Source: a virus | DNA length: 64,000 bases | Reading direction: 5' to 3' (one strand) | Virus record (IMG/VR): IMGVR_UViG_3300000976_000009 | Location: 109,151 to 173,150 of that record | Shown here: positions 1 to 11,045 of the stretch, in pieces | How the letters are laid out: every line of letters begins with the position of its first letter | How positions within the stretch are numbered: the first letter of the stretch is position 1 | The notes under the pieces: model-generated | The model's input: only the letters and a program-made list of their open reading frames with translations | The model's database searches: none | Told to the model about the DNA's origin: nothing | Translations under genes and position numbers: made by a program

Positions 1-2
1 CA

Positions 3-1370
3 GTATGGAATATGAATAATGTTTGGTGTGAAGACCTTGCTGGTATAACAGCTAGCACCTATGAAGGTCATGAATATTTTGGTTCTTACCCATTTCTTGG
101 ACAAAAGAGCCCATTCTTTGAATACACATGTTCTTCATTAGAAGACCCAGACACATCTCTAAAATGTGAAGGGTTAAGTGAAATGGATAATGTAAATAAA
201 TCGATTGCAATAATTCACTATACGAATAACACAATATCTAATTTTTATGGTGAGTTTTTCCATATTGATAATGATAATAATAAGACAGTTAAATTACATT
301 TACCAGACCTTATGTACCATAGAAGATATTTTTCTGGTGGTACAGGTGATACAATGGGTATGTCATTTCTTGCAAGTGGTGATACACAATATATTGGTAC
401 ATCAAACTTAGAATATATCGAATTGATTGAAGATTCATCATTCTTAATGTCTGGCGCAACACCAGCAGTCGTTGGGAAAGTATTCCCAACACTTAAAGTA
501 GTAGTAATTGATGATGAAGAAATTGTTGCGGCAATGTCTTATAAATCAAATAGAAACTGGACATTACCACAATTGGCGGCAACACTTACTAACCCTAGTG
601 GTGGAACATCAACTGGTCTATTAGTTCAAAATGAAACAATGTATGTGACTTATGCTTTAGAGAATGTAACTGGTACTGGTTTAACATCATCATTAGCTTG
701 TCAAAAATATGCTAAGATAACAAACCAAACTTCGGTTGCTAAAGATGTTGAATTTAGAATCGATGGTACTGGATTATTACCTTACATGAGAAAGATTGAG
801 GATTTAGCTTATGATGGTAGGGGATTCTATGGATATGACCTAAAGGTATTATACCAAGTAGTACAAAACGAAGATGATAGACCAGACCCAACAGCTTGGA
901 AGGTTTATGATTATACAACATCTGGTTTAACAACAAACCCAGATGAGACAATTAATCCATTCCAGCTAGAGAACCAAAATCCAGCAACAAATGGTTTTGT
1001 GATTAATGAAATTGTTGATTCAATTAGCTCACAATATGATATAACACAAATCTTAGGTATGGCACCAGTCATGACACCAGAGATTTTACAATTCGGTGAT
1101 GAAAGATTTTTCTATGGGAATTTAGAAACTCACATCGGAGCAACAATATTTAAAACGATATTTGATGTAAGAATTAATTCTGGTCAATTTATCGCAACAA
1201 CAAATGAAACTAGAAGTACTGACCCTTCAACAAATCCACCAGATATTAGAGTGAGTGAAGTAGGTATTTATGATAGTGATAACGACTTAGTTGTTATTGG
1301 AAAGCTTAGTAAACCAATTAAATTGGAAGCTGGGAATACAGTAATGATTGAACTTTCAATGGACTTTTAA
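3..1370 (+). CDS. Probable virion structural protein (baseplate/tail-associated), 5'-partial
   Basis: Frame is open to the window edge. C-terminal RVSEVGIYD..LVVIGKLSKPIK resembles the ends of phage baseplate/tail-fibre-attachment proteins, and a similar motif ends the next gene. Confidence 0.5.
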   Translation, partial: VWNMNNVWCEDLAGITASTYEGHEYFGSYPFLGQKSPFFEYTCSSLEDPDTSLKCEGLSEMDNVNKSIAIIHYTNNTISNFYGEFFHIDNDNNKTVKLHLPDLMYHRRYFSGGTGDTMGMSFLASGDTQYIGTSNLEYIELIEDSSFLMSGATPAVVGKVFPTLKVVVIDDEEIVAAMSYKSNRNWTLPQLAATLTNPSGGTSTGLLVQNETMYVTYALENVTGTGLTSSLACQKYAKITNQTSVAKDVEFRIDGTGLLPYMRKIEDLAYDGRGFYGYDLKVLYQVVQNEDDRPDPTAWKVYDYTTSGLTTNPDETINPFQLENQNPATNGFVINEIVDSISSQYDITQILGMAPVMTPEILQFGDERFFYGNLETHIGATIFKTIFDVRINSGQFIATTNETRSTDPSTNPPDIRVSEVGIYDSDNDLVVIGKLSKPIKLEAGNTVMIELSMDF

Positions 1371-1372
1371 TT

Positions 1373-2578
1373 ATGGGATTTCAAAGTACGGCAACAACAA
1401 TTAACCTAACAGCTAAATTAACAGCGTTTGGTAGACAACAACTATTATTAAATAGTTCTAATATTATAACTCATTTTGCATTAGGTGATAGTGATGCGTA
1501 TTATGGTGCATCAAATGCCCTTAGTACTGGTGAGGTTCCAGCATCTGCTGGTAGTTTAGGTGTGAATGGAAGTAGTAATAGTATTGCTCAAGGTTATGCA
1601 CCTAAATCTTTATTATATTATAATTCAATTGGACAAAGGAAGAAACTAGTGAAAGAAGGTTCAACAAATGTGGTAAATAATACTGTATTATTAGAACAAA
1701 AGACCATTAGTGGTGATACTATCACATTAAATATAATCAATAGGAAAAATTACGAGACAGATTCATTAGTTAATTTGTTTTATTCATTCAGATTACCAAT
1801 TACAGATGCTGATGATACATTATTTAAAGTAACACCATCAGCAAAGGGTGGTTATGGTGACACCGCAATGAGTGGTTTATCACAAGATGAGATTTTAGCT
1901 ATTGGTGTTGATTCGATTGAGTATGGTGAAATGTTAGATGGTAAAACCATTAAGGTTGAGTTAACTGATTCAGCATCAACAATATTTAATATTTATAGTT
2001 CATTTGAGAAAACGTTAACTAGTGCTAAGAAACTAGATGCACAATATAAAGATACTTCTTTTAATTCAGCAGTAATGGGTGGTAACATAGTTTTTTTATT
2101 CAGTGATGATATACAAAGACCAAATGATGATGTAACTAAGAGTTGGGCTACTGGACATTTTTCCACTAAACCATATAGTAAATCTAATAAATCTAGATTT
2201 AATATGTTTTCTGATTCTATTACTTCAACTGTGGCAGACAAAATAGTTGGTGTTGCTTATTTGGATAAAGGATTTATAGTAATCACAGACCCAACTATTT
2301 TAGCGAATTTCGATACATCACATATAAATGCTAATTTAACAAAAGTATCATTTGATAGTATATCAACTCAAGTATCACAAACTGTAACATGTATTAAAGA
2401 TAGAGGTGATTTTGGGACGAGTCAAAATCCAACATGGGATGAAGGTGATAAAGTTAGAGTTACGGAAGTATTATTATTAGATAATGCTGATAATGTACTT
2501 GCTATTGCTAAAAGTGACAGAGCCTTAGAGCTTACACCATCTCAGTTTATGGCATTATCTGTAACAATTTCAGTTTAA
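1373..2578 (+). CDS. Probable virion structural protein, C-terminus paralogous to the previous gene
   Basis: N-terminal LTAFGRQQL..ITHFALGDSD and C-terminal VRVTEVLLLD..VLAIAK motifs; Ser/Thr-rich. Confidence 0.5.
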   Translation: MGFQSTATTINLTAKLTAFGRQQLLLNSSNIITHFALGDSDAYYGASNALSTGEVPASAGSLGVNGSSNSIAQGYAPKSLLYYNSIGQRKKLVKEGSTNVVNNTVLLEQKTISGDTITLNIINRKNYETDSLVNLFYSFRLPITDADDTLFKVTPSAKGGYGDTAMSGLSQDEILAIGVDSIEYGEMLDGKTIKVELTDSASTIFNIYSSFEKTLTSAKKLDAQYKDTSFNSAVMGGNIVFLFSDDIQRPNDDVTKSWATGHFSTKPYSKSNKSRFNMFSDSITSTVADKIVGVAYLDKGFIVITDPTILANFDTSHINANLTKVSFDSISTQVSQTVTCIKDRGDFGTSQNPTWDEGDKVRVTEVLLLDNADNVLAIAKSDRALELTPSQFMALSVTISV

Positions 2579-2626
2579 CTATTTATCTTTTAAAATTGGT
2601 GATTATATTTTGAAAAAACAAGTTTT

Positions 2627-3283
2627 ATGACAACAAGTGAACAAAATGGAAATTATATACTAGGGTTAGATGTATCGACCAAAACAATTGGTATTGCATT
2701 ATTTGAAGATAGGGGTAATAATGGTGACTTAAAATTGTTAAACCATGTAACACCAAAGGTTAAACCAAACCCAAAGAATAAAATGCAACAACTTTTTGAA
2801 AAGGCTAGAATATTTGAAGAAGAATTTTTAAATAATTATAGTGACATTGGAATTAGTAGAGTAATTATTGAAGAACCATTATTACGTTCAAATAATGTCA
2901 ATACTGTTGCAACACTTCTTAGATTCAATGGTATGATTTCTAGGTCAGTTTATGATACACTTGGTATTGTTCCAGAATTTATATCATCTTACGATGCAAG
3001 GAAATATGGTTTTCCAGAGTTGATGGCTAAAAGAGAGATAAAAAAAGATGGAACTCGTTATACCGAAGCCGCAATTGCAAAAAAAACACCAGTATTATTT
3101 GGTGCATATGATTTAGGTACAACTGATAAAAAAATGGTTGTGTTTGAGAAAGTGTGTGATTTAGAGCCACAAATTCAATGGTTGTATACTAAAACCAATA
3201 CACTTAAAACCGAAAACTTTGATATGACCGATGCATATTGCTGTGTTAGGGCAGTTATGAAAAGAGATGGTAATTGGAATTAA
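2627..3283 (+). CDS. RuvC-like Holliday junction resolvase
   Basis: ILGLDVSTKTIG, VIIEEP and C-terminal DMTDAY acidic motifs of the RNase H/RuvC fold. Confidence 0.75.
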   Translation: MTTSEQNGNYILGLDVSTKTIGIALFEDRGNNGDLKLLNHVTPKVKPNPKNKMQQLFEKARIFEEEFLNNYSDIGISRVIIEEPLLRSNNVNTVATLLRFNGMISRSVYDTLGIVPEFISSYDARKYGFPELMAKREIKKDGTRYTEAAIAKKTPVLFGAYDLGTTDKKMVVFEKVCDLEPQIQWLYTKTNTLKTENFDMTDAYCCVRAVMKRDGNWN

Positions 3284-3319
3284 TTTGGTAATTCATTTTT
3301 TATTTCGTACCTTTGTGGT

Positions 3320-4255
3320 ATGTCACTTGTTGTAGATATATTAGAAAGATTTCTGGGAAGTCCTAAAGGGCACAACCCTAGTAGTGGTCAAATGCAATTT
3401 GACTGCCCTAGATGTGCTGAGGATGATAAAGGTCATGGTAGGGGTAATTTGGAGGTAAACTATAATAAAGGTTGGTATCATTGCTGGACATGTGGTGAAA
3501 GTCACAATATGAAAGGTCGTCTTAATTTTATGATTCGCAAATATGGTGGGAGCAAAGCACTAAAAGATTTTTTAATTGTTAAGCCAGAGTTCATTGAAAA
3601 AACTGAACGTGGTGAAACACATGTGCTAAAATTGCCAGATAGCTTTAAATTCCTACATAATTGTAACCCAAATGAATTTAGATATAACGAGGCGATGAAC
3701 TATTTAAATAGTAGACGGGTTGGCTCCGATATTATTGAACATTCAAAACTTGGTTTTTGTGCTACAGGTAAATATGCTGGACGTATTATTGTACCATCAT
3801 ATAATTCTGACGGTGATTTAAATTTCTTCGTTGGTAGGGCTTGGGATAAATGGAATAAACCAAAAATACTAAATGAAGAAGCGGAGAAAGAATTAATCAT
3901 TTTCAATGAAGGTTTAATAAATTGGGATGCAACAATATATTTAGTTGAAGGACCATTTGACCACCTAATAACACCTAATTCAATACCATTATTAGGTAAA
4001 TACGTTTCACCTTATTTATTTTATATGTTACAGATGAATGCAAATGCTAATATTGTGATAGTATTAGATGGTGGTGCATATGAAGATGCAAAACGTATTT
4101 ACCAAATGTTAAATGTTATGAATTTAAGAAATAAGGTTAAGTTGGTTCAATTAGGTGAAGAATTAGACCCTTCATTTATAAACCAAAAATATGGTAGGAA
4201 TACATATATTAAAGTATTATCTAACTCAAAAGTAATACCAGAAAGTCGATTATAA
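3320..4255 (+). CDS. DNA primase (Zn finger + TOPRIM)
   Basis: CPRC...CWTC Zn ribbon, RIIVP, YLVEGPFD, VLDGGA TOPRIM motifs. Confidence 0.85.
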   Translation: MSLVVDILERFLGSPKGHNPSSGQMQFDCPRCAEDDKGHGRGNLEVNYNKGWYHCWTCGESHNMKGRLNFMIRKYGGSKALKDFLIVKPEFIEKTERGETHVLKLPDSFKFLHNCNPNEFRYNEAMNYLNSRRVGSDIIEHSKLGFCATGKYAGRIIVPSYNSDGDLNFFVGRAWDKWNKPKILNEEAEKELIIFNEGLINWDATIYLVEGPFDHLITPNSIPLLGKYVSPYLFYMLQMNANANIVIVLDGGAYEDAKRIYQMLNVMNLRNKVKLVQLGEELDPSFINQKYGRNTYIKVLSNSKVIPESRL

Positions 4256-4303
4256 TTCTTGGGTTTTACAGAAAAAAACTGTATATTTGTGTAAAATATA
4301 GAC

Positions 4304-4906
4304 ATGAATATAGAAATTGCTAAGAAAGCACTACAATCACGAGACATAGATAATTGGACTATCAAAGGCGAACATCTTTGTTATACCAATGGTGATATTA
4401 GATTTCTATTCGATAAAATAGATAGTGGTTTTCTAGGTTTCAGAAAGTTAGTCTTAGTTTCGGATGGTAGAATAGTTAAATTGTCTTTTTTTCAAAAAAA
4501 GAGATTATATCCATTAGTTGTTAAAAAGGGGTATAATGTAGAGAAAGATAAAAGAGATGAAGCTTTTCGTAAACTTAGAAATGATAGGGCATATAAAAGT
4601 AGCCCACCACCACCACCACCATCTAGACCAAAATCAAAACCAAATAAAATTAATAGTGAAGAAATAATCACCAATTGGACTTCTATGGGTAGTTCAATTA
4701 AAGAATTTAATACAATATCTTCATTAATTGGTAATAAAATAAACCCAAATATACCAGACGAAGATGCTTTAAGTAATAAAGTTAAAGATACTAAAACTTC
4801 TGTTAGTAAAAAATTAACAGAAGTTGAACGTAGAACCCAACAATTTAAAAATGATGTTGAAAAAGAAAAATTAAGGATTAGAAAACTATTACGTAAAGAA
4901 AATTAA
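4304..4906 (+). CDS. Hypothetical protein with poly-Pro linker
   Basis: 200-aa ORF behind a TATATTTG promoter. Confidence 0.6.
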   Translation: MNIEIAKKALQSRDIDNWTIKGEHLCYTNGDIRFLFDKIDSGFLGFRKLVLVSDGRIVKLSFFQKKRLYPLVVKKGYNVEKDKRDEAFRKLRNDRAYKSSPPPPPPSRPKSKPNKINSEEIITNWTSMGSSIKEFNTISSLIGNKINPNIPDEDALSNKVKDTKTSVSKKLTEVERRTQQFKNDVEKEKLRIRKLLRKEN

Positions 4907-4911
4907 CCAAT

Positions 4912-5862
4912 ATGCCAGTAAATGATAAGGAACTATTACGTATAGGGAATGAAATAAGAGAAATTATAGATAATAGACAAAAGGAAATGTCATTATCATT
5001 CGTTGAAGATACACATACTTATTTTATTAAAAATAAGGAAGGTTATATTGTTAGCAATCTACCATCTGTGTCTACTGTAATCACACAATATTATGAACCA
5101 TTTGATGATATCACAAAATCATTTGAAATGTGTGGTGGGGATTTTATAGAACAAGATAAATTATTAAAAGAATGGAGAGCTACAGCAGACTATGCAAATA
5201 ATCAAGGTTCTAGAGTTCACTATTTATTGGAATGTGATTTACTTAAGATGTATAAGTATGATAAAGAGGTAAGGAGACCAATATTTAAGTGTGACCCAGA
5301 ACAAATATTTGTTGGAAATCAAATGATAGATGCTGGACATAATTTTATTAGATTAATGCATAGACGTGGTGCTGTATTACTTGATACTGAAATGGTGTTG
5401 GGTAGTATTGAATTAGGGTATACTGGTCAACCAGATAAGGTTTGGTTAATTAGAAATGGTAAGGGTGAGTTAGGTTTTATAATTACTGATTGGAAAACCA
5501 ACAAACCAAAAAACTTTACCGTACAACACTACACTAGTAAGATGCTACCACCATTTGAGGACCAAAATGATACTGCTTTAGAACATTATAAAATTCAATT
5601 ACCATTATATGGTAGATTAATATTAGATATGTTAAAAGACACTAAGTATGGTGGTGAAAATTTAAAATTTTTTGGTTGTATAATTGTTCACCTATTACAA
5701 AATGGTACTTATAAGGAATATAGGGTTGAAAATACATTTATAAATAGAATATTAAGTGAACCACCATTACCTAGAATTAATGAGGTTTTCGAATATAAGA
5801 AGAATCACGCTCGTAGAGAAGAGAATCGAGTTGAGCAAGTAAAACAAATGATAAATGGTTAA
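4912..5862 (+). CDS. PD-(D/E)XK family exonuclease
   Basis: PSVSTV, GSRVH, GQPD..IITDWKT, YKIQLPLY motifs. Confidence 0.75.
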   Translation: MPVNDKELLRIGNEIREIIDNRQKEMSLSFVEDTHTYFIKNKEGYIVSNLPSVSTVITQYYEPFDDITKSFEMCGGDFIEQDKLLKEWRATADYANNQGSRVHYLLECDLLKMYKYDKEVRRPIFKCDPEQIFVGNQMIDAGHNFIRLMHRRGAVLLDTEMVLGSIELGYTGQPDKVWLIRNGKGELGFIITDWKTNKPKNFTVQHYTSKMLPPFEDQNDTALEHYKIQLPLYGRLILDMLKDTKYGGENLKFFGCIIVHLLQNGTYKEYRVENTFINRILSEPPLPRINEVFEYKKNHARREENRVEQVKQMING

Positions 5863-6670
5863 GAAAATAATACATATTGCGGACATTCATATTAGAACTT
5901 TTAGAATGCATGAAGAATACAAGGAAGTATTTCAAACATTCATAGATAAGTGTAAAAATCTAACTGAAAATTATGAACATGGGGAAGTACGTATAGCCAT
6001 TGTTGGGGATTTAGTCCATCAGAAAATAACAATATCAAATGAGCAATTGATGTTATGTACATGGTTTTTGTCTGAATTATCTAAAATAGCACCAGTTGTA
6101 TTAGTTGCTGGGAATCATGATTTATTAGAGAATAACAAGGATAGAATGGATTCACTCAGCCCAATCGTTCAACTATTAGATAATGAAAATATTCGTTATT
6201 ATAAAGAGAGTAAATGTTATAAAGATGAAAATATTGTTTGGTGTAATTATTCGATATTTGATGAAAATAAAAGACCAGATATCGAATATGGTAGGGTTAA
6301 TCATGGTGATGATAAACGTTTTATTGGGTTATATCATGCACCACTTATTGGGGCAACTACTGATATTGGATATGAATTTGATGAACACCACACTTCTTTA
6401 GAACATTTTGAGGGTTGTGATATAGTTTTATTAGGGGATATACATAAAAGACAAGAGTTTACCCATAAAGGGATTAGAATTGCTTACCCATCCTCGTTAA
6501 TCCAACAAGGATTTGGTGAAACAGTTGGTAAACACGGATTCTTATTTTGGGATGTACTATCTAGAACATATGAGGAACATGATATATCAACTAGATATGG
6601 TTTCTTTCAATTTAAAATTAAATCATTAGATGATTTAGAAGAAGGTATTGAAGAACATACAAATGCATAA
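5855..6670 (+). CDS. SbcD/Mre11 (gp47-like) metallophosphoesterase nuclease
   Basis: HIADIH, VGDLVH, AGNHD, LLGDIHK, YPSS motifs; upstream of SbcC. Confidence 0.85.
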   Translation: MVKKIIHIADIHIRTFRMHEEYKEVFQTFIDKCKNLTENYEHGEVRIAIVGDLVHQKITISNEQLMLCTWFLSELSKIAPVVLVAGNHDLLENNKDRMDSLSPIVQLLDNENIRYYKESKCYKDENIVWCNYSIFDENKRPDIEYGRVNHGDDKRFIGLYHAPLIGATTDIGYEFDEHHTSLEHFEGCDIVLLGDIHKRQEFTHKGIRIAYPSSLIQQGFGETVGKHGFLFWDVLSRTYEEHDISTRYGFFQFKIKSLDDLEEGIEEHTNA

Positions 6671-7152
6671 TGATTAAACCAAATATACTAATAGATATTA
6701 AGTCGTATTGTGAAGCCAATGGAATCACTGATATTGATAAACTAATTAACTCAATGTTGAGTCGTGGATTTACAATTGAAAAGTATGGTGAAACACCAAC
6801 AACATCTCAAGATATTCCAGAGGTAATTGAGAAAGAAGTGATTAAAGAAGTAATCAAGGAAGTACCATTTGAAGTAATTAAGGAGATTGAAGTAATTAAG
6901 GAGATTGAGAAAATAATCAATGTTTCTGATGATACTGAAATAAATAAATTACTAGAACAAATTACTACGATGAAGAATGAACATAAAATAACAGTCGATT
7001 TACTTAAAAAGGGTAGAATGGAGCAAACCCAAGTGATAATGAGATTGAATAAAGAGAAGGACCAACTAAAAGAAGACTACGAGAAACAGTTGAAAGAGAA
7101 GGATAAAGAGATAATAAAGATTAAATCCTCAACGGATTTTTACGGTGAATAA
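6670..7152 (+). CDS. Hypothetical coiled-coil protein with EVIKE repeats
   Basis: ORF coupled by TAATG overlap. Confidence 0.6.
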   Translation: MIKPNILIDIKSYCEANGITDIDKLINSMLSRGFTIEKYGETPTTSQDIPEVIEKEVIKEVIKEVPFEVIKEIEVIKEIEKIINVSDDTEINKLLEQITTMKNEHKITVDLLKKGRMEQTQVIMRLNKEKDQLKEDYEKQLKEKDKEIIKIKSSTDFYGE

Positions 7153-9520
7153 TATGGAAGAAATTAAAGAAAATAAAATAGTACAAATCCCACCATACGC
7201 AAAGGTTAAGGTATATTGGGATGATAAACCAGAAAATTATTCTAGGGAGGGTAGAAATAGGGTTCAATCATATTTTGCTAGAAAATATGGTGTTACTAAA
7301 ACCAATGTAAACGTAGTATTTAGACCAACTAAAGTAGATAAGGATGGTAAGCAAATTGAAATTAGTGGTGCTGGTATTGACAATATTATGGATACCAATT
7401 ATCAAAGGGGTTTAATGAAAGAGTGGATTGAAAGAAATGAGAAGGAAGTGGATTTTGAAAGAATTGTTAGACTTGATGAAAAGGTTAATGGTTCATTGGA
7501 AATCGATATAAGTGAAGTTAAACACAGAAAGTGGGAAATTAAATGGTTAACAATTAATAATTTTCTTTGTTATGGTGAGAATAACTATGTTAATTTTGAT
7601 AAACTAAAGGGGTTATCAATTATTAATTCCACACCAAAAAATCAAGGTGGTAAAACAACATTTAGTGTTGATGCTATTAAGTTTTTGTTGTTTGGTAAAA
7701 CAACAAAAACTGATACAAATGCCGAGGTTTTTAATAGTTTTACAGATAAAAATAAAATCACTTTGAGGGGTATGATTACCTATGATGGTAGGGATATTAT
7801 TATTGAAAGGGTTTTAACTAGAACTGAAAAAAGAGCTGGTGGCTACACAATAAAGAATAAATTATCATATTATAAATTAATGCCAGATGGTGAGGAAATT
7901 CTTTTAGAAGAGGAAGATGCAACTTCAACAACTGCTGAAATTAAAAGAACAATTGGTGATGAATCAGATTTTGATATTACAATTTTAACAACAGCTAAAA
8001 ATCTTGAAGATTTAATTGACACTACCCCAACCGAATCTGGTAAATTATTGACTAAATTTATTGGAATCGAAGTAATTGAAATGAAAGAGAAGATTGTTCG
8101 TAAAATGCATAATGAGTATGTTAAAACTATGAAGTCTAATCATTTTGATGTCGAAGAACTTAAAAGTGAAATTCTTGAGCATAAATCGGCTGTTGAGTAT
8201 AGTAATAAATTATTGATTAAACAGAATAAGGATTTAGAAGAGATTAAAGGTATTGTTACATCCTTTAATACTAAGAAAGATAATCTACTACTTAGTAAGA
8301 AGCCTGTGGATGTCACTATATCTCAATTAAACCCTACAACTATAGAATCTGAAATAGCTACTATTACTAGTAAGGGTAAGGAGTATGGGGCATTAATTAA
8401 AACATATGAAACAGAAATTAATGCAATAGGGGATGTTACATATGATGAAGTTGCATATTTCAACTTAAACAAACAATATAATGCACTTGATGGTCAATTA
8501 AATGCTAATAGAATAACAAAAGATGGTCATCTTAAGATGATAAATCAGTTAAAGAATGGTGAAATATGTCCAACATGTAAAAGGGCGTTGGAAGATGTAG
8601 ACCATTCATCTGAAATTAAGCTTGAAGAAAGTAAAATTCAAAAATTAGACACTGAACATGAAGTTGGTACCCGAAAATTAGAAAAAATTCAGAAAAATAT
8701 GAATTTAATGGGTGAAACTAAGAAGAGTGTAGACCGAAAAAATAAAATTGAGCTACAAAAAGACCGTGCTGAGGTTGAAATAGCTTCATTAAGAAATAAA
8801 ATTAAGCTTAAAATGGCTGATTTAAAGAAATATAATGATAATATTGATGCAATTGACCATAATAGAGGTGTTGATTCACAAATTGAGGCAGTTAAGACTG
8901 ATATTGTAGTACAAGAGACCAAAAAAGATACATTAATACGTACTATGCAGACTACAGAGGGTGACATCACTAATAATAATAATAGTATTAGTACTAAAGA
9001 GGCGTTGATTGTTACTATAGGTAAAGAAAAAGAAGTTGACAGACTATTTAAGATATACGTGGAGATGATTGGTAAGAAGGGTATTAGTAAATTAATATTA
9101 AGGTCAGTATTACCAATCATTAACTCAGAGTTATATAGATTAATGGATGATGTATGTGATTTTGAAGTTGAGCTTAATATTAATGCTAAAAATGATGTTG
9201 AGTTCATTATTAGCAAGAATGGTGTTGAAAAGAAATTAAAGTCTGGTAGTGGTTTTGAAAAAACGACTGCTAGTATTGCATTAAGGTGTGTTTTAGGTAA
9301 AATGTCACATTTACCTATGCCTAACTTCGTTACATTTGATGAACCTTTTGGTATGGTGGCTGATGTGAATCTTGAAAAGATTAAACCAATGTTTGATAAG
9401 ATTAAAGATATGTATGATATTGTATTCTTAATTTCACATATTGATACTGTAAAAGATTGGGGTGATAATGTCATTACTGTGAAAAAAGTTAAGGATATTA
9501 GTGAAATTCTAGTAAAATAA
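7145..9520 (+). CDS. SbcC/Rad50 (gp46-like) ATPase
   Basis: Walker A NQGGKTT, CPTC zinc hook in the coiled coil, SGFEK signature, FDEPF Walker B, LISH. Confidence 0.9.
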   Translation: MNNMEEIKENKIVQIPPYAKVKVYWDDKPENYSREGRNRVQSYFARKYGVTKTNVNVVFRPTKVDKDGKQIEISGAGIDNIMDTNYQRGLMKEWIERNEKEVDFERIVRLDEKVNGSLEIDISEVKHRKWEIKWLTINNFLCYGENNYVNFDKLKGLSIINSTPKNQGGKTTFSVDAIKFLLFGKTTKTDTNAEVFNSFTDKNKITLRGMITYDGRDIIIERVLTRTEKRAGGYTIKNKLSYYKLMPDGEEILLEEEDATSTTAEIKRTIGDESDFDITILTTAKNLEDLIDTTPTESGKLLTKFIGIEVIEMKEKIVRKMHNEYVKTMKSNHFDVEELKSEILEHKSAVEYSNKLLIKQNKDLEEIKGIVTSFNTKKDNLLLSKKPVDVTISQLNPTTIESEIATITSKGKEYGALIKTYETEINAIGDVTYDEVAYFNLNKQYNALDGQLNANRITKDGHLKMINQLKNGEICPTCKRALEDVDHSSEIKLEESKIQKLDTEHEVGTRKLEKIQKNMNLMGETKKSVDRKNKIELQKDRAEVEIASLRNKIKLKMADLKKYNDNIDAIDHNRGVDSQIEAVKTDIVVQETKKDTLIRTMQTTEGDITNNNNSISTKEALIVTIGKEKEVDRLFKIYVEMIGKKGISKLILRSVLPIINSELYRLMDDVCDFEVELNINAKNDVEFIISKNGVEKKLKSGSGFEKTTASIALRCVLGKMSHLPMPNFVTFDEPFGMVADVNLEKIKPMFDKIKDMYDIVFLISHIDTVKDWGDNVITVKKVKDISEILVK

Positions 9521-9577
9521 TTGTATTTTTGTGTATAATGTATTATATTAGATATATAATCTAAAATATTTATAACT

Positions 9578-10045
9578 ATGAGATTTAAAAATTATTGTAT
9601 TGTAGCACTAGGTAAAATTGATGGTATTAGAGAAATTATATCTAAAATATCAGAAACACAACCTAGATACCTAGAGCAGAAAGCGGTATTTATCGGCACA
9701 TTTTCATGTGTCATGTCAGCTACAGAATTGAGAGAAATTCTAGATAGAGAAAACAAAACATTTTTTGTTTTTGAAGTTGGTGATGAAAGTAGTGCCTATA
9801 AGATAGGTAGAGATGATATTCACGAACAATTATTCGGATATATTGAGAATGGTGGTGAAGAAGTATTGAATATGATGAGTGATAACTTAATGAATGAAAT
9901 AAATGGGGTTAAAATGAGTGGTGGAACTAATGAACATCCCCAAAAATTAACACTACAGGAAGAACTTGATATAGCACTTAAAGATGAGGATTATATTAAA
10001 GCTGCTGAATTAAGGGATTTAATAAAATTAAACAATAATGGTTAA
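9578..10045 (+). CDS. Hypothetical protein with C-terminal UVR (UvrB/C) motif
   Basis: LDIALKDEDYIKAAELRDLI. Confidence 0.65.
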   Translation: MRFKNYCIVALGKIDGIREIISKISETQPRYLEQKAVFIGTFSCVMSATELREILDRENKTFFVFEVGDESSAYKIGRDDIHEQLFGYIENGGEEVLNMMSDNLMNEINGVKMSGGTNEHPQKLTLQEELDIALKDEDYIKAAELRDLIKLNNNG

Positions 10046-10159
10046 AGTAAACCAATTTCACACTAAATATTTAGTGTGAAAACCTTTACTTTTGTTGTTT
10101 TATGTTGTATATTAATACGTTCACACGAACTAAAATAAGATATTAGAAAATGAAAACCA

Positions 10160-11008
10160 ATGAACAAGAAATATGTAAGTGCAAATGAAGATGAAAGCAT
10201 AACAAAATATTTTAAGGATATTAGGACTAGCGAAATTCTTACACCAGAAAAAGAACTTGAATTAGCTCAAAAAATAAAGGATGGTGATGAAAAGGCAATT
10301 GATGAATTAGTTAATGCTAATTTAAGGTTTGTTATATCCATTGCGAAAGAATATCAAGGACAAGGATTATCGTTGGCTGATTTAATCAGTGAAGGTAATT
10401 ATGGTTTAATAAAGGCAGCGATTAGGTTTGACCATACAAGGGGCTTTAGGTTTATATCATATGCGGTTTATTGGATTAAGCAAGCAATTATGCAAAGTTT
10501 AAATGACAATTCTAGGTCAATTAGATTACCAGCAAATATTATCAACAAACTTTATAAGATTAGGAAGCAAATAGCTAAATTCGAATCAGAAAACGGAAGA
10601 CCCCCAATTGATGGTGATGAAGTGATAGGTAAAAAAGGTGAAATTGAAGAATTTGAGGAAGCTCCAACAACACCAACATGTGGTTCATTAAATCAAAAAA
10701 TTAATGAAGATGGTGATGAATTATTAGAAGTAGTTGCGGATGAAACATTTGAACAACCAGATGTATTTGAAATCGATGATGATAGGGTTAAGAAAGAACT
10801 TTATAAAACATTGGATGTGTTGGATGAAAGAGAAAGGAATATTATCGAAACATATTTTGGTCTTAATACGGAGTGTGAACCAATGACTCTTGAAGCTATT
10901 GGTGAAGAATATAATTTAACTAAAGAACGTATTAGGCAAATTAAAGAAAAAGCCATTAGAAAATTGAGACATAACGTACATGACCTTTACGAGTTAATGA
11001 ATGAATAA
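10160..11008 (+). CDS. RNA polymerase sigma-70 family factor (RpoD/RpoS-like)
   Basis: Regions 1.2, 2 (ANLRFVISIAK, DLISEGNYGLIKA..RFD..GFRFISYAVYWI) and 4 (TLEAIGE..LTKERIRQIKEKA). Confidence 0.92.
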   Translation: MNKKYVSANEDESITKYFKDIRTSEILTPEKELELAQKIKDGDEKAIDELVNANLRFVISIAKEYQGQGLSLADLISEGNYGLIKAAIRFDHTRGFRFISYAVYWIKQAIMQSLNDNSRSIRLPANIINKLYKIRKQIAKFESENGRPPIDGDEVIGKKGEIEEFEEAPTTPTCGSLNQKINEDGDELLEVVADETFEQPDVFEIDDDRVKKELYKTLDVLDERERNIIETYFGLNTECEPMTLEAIGEEYNLTKERIRQIKEKAIRKLRHNVHDLYELMNE

Positions 11009-11045
11009 TAAAGGGGGTAACCCCTTTTTTCATAAAATAAAAGAT

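Noticed and set aside
8689-9474. Long antisense ORFs (also 28097-28663, 43400-44053, 58575-59033)
   Set aside because: Shadows of well-supported + strand genes with no recognisable motifs
10150-10188. Out-of-frame upstream ATG overlapping the sigma-factor start
   Set aside because: A 12-codon ORF is expected by chance in AT-rich DNA; no other evidence
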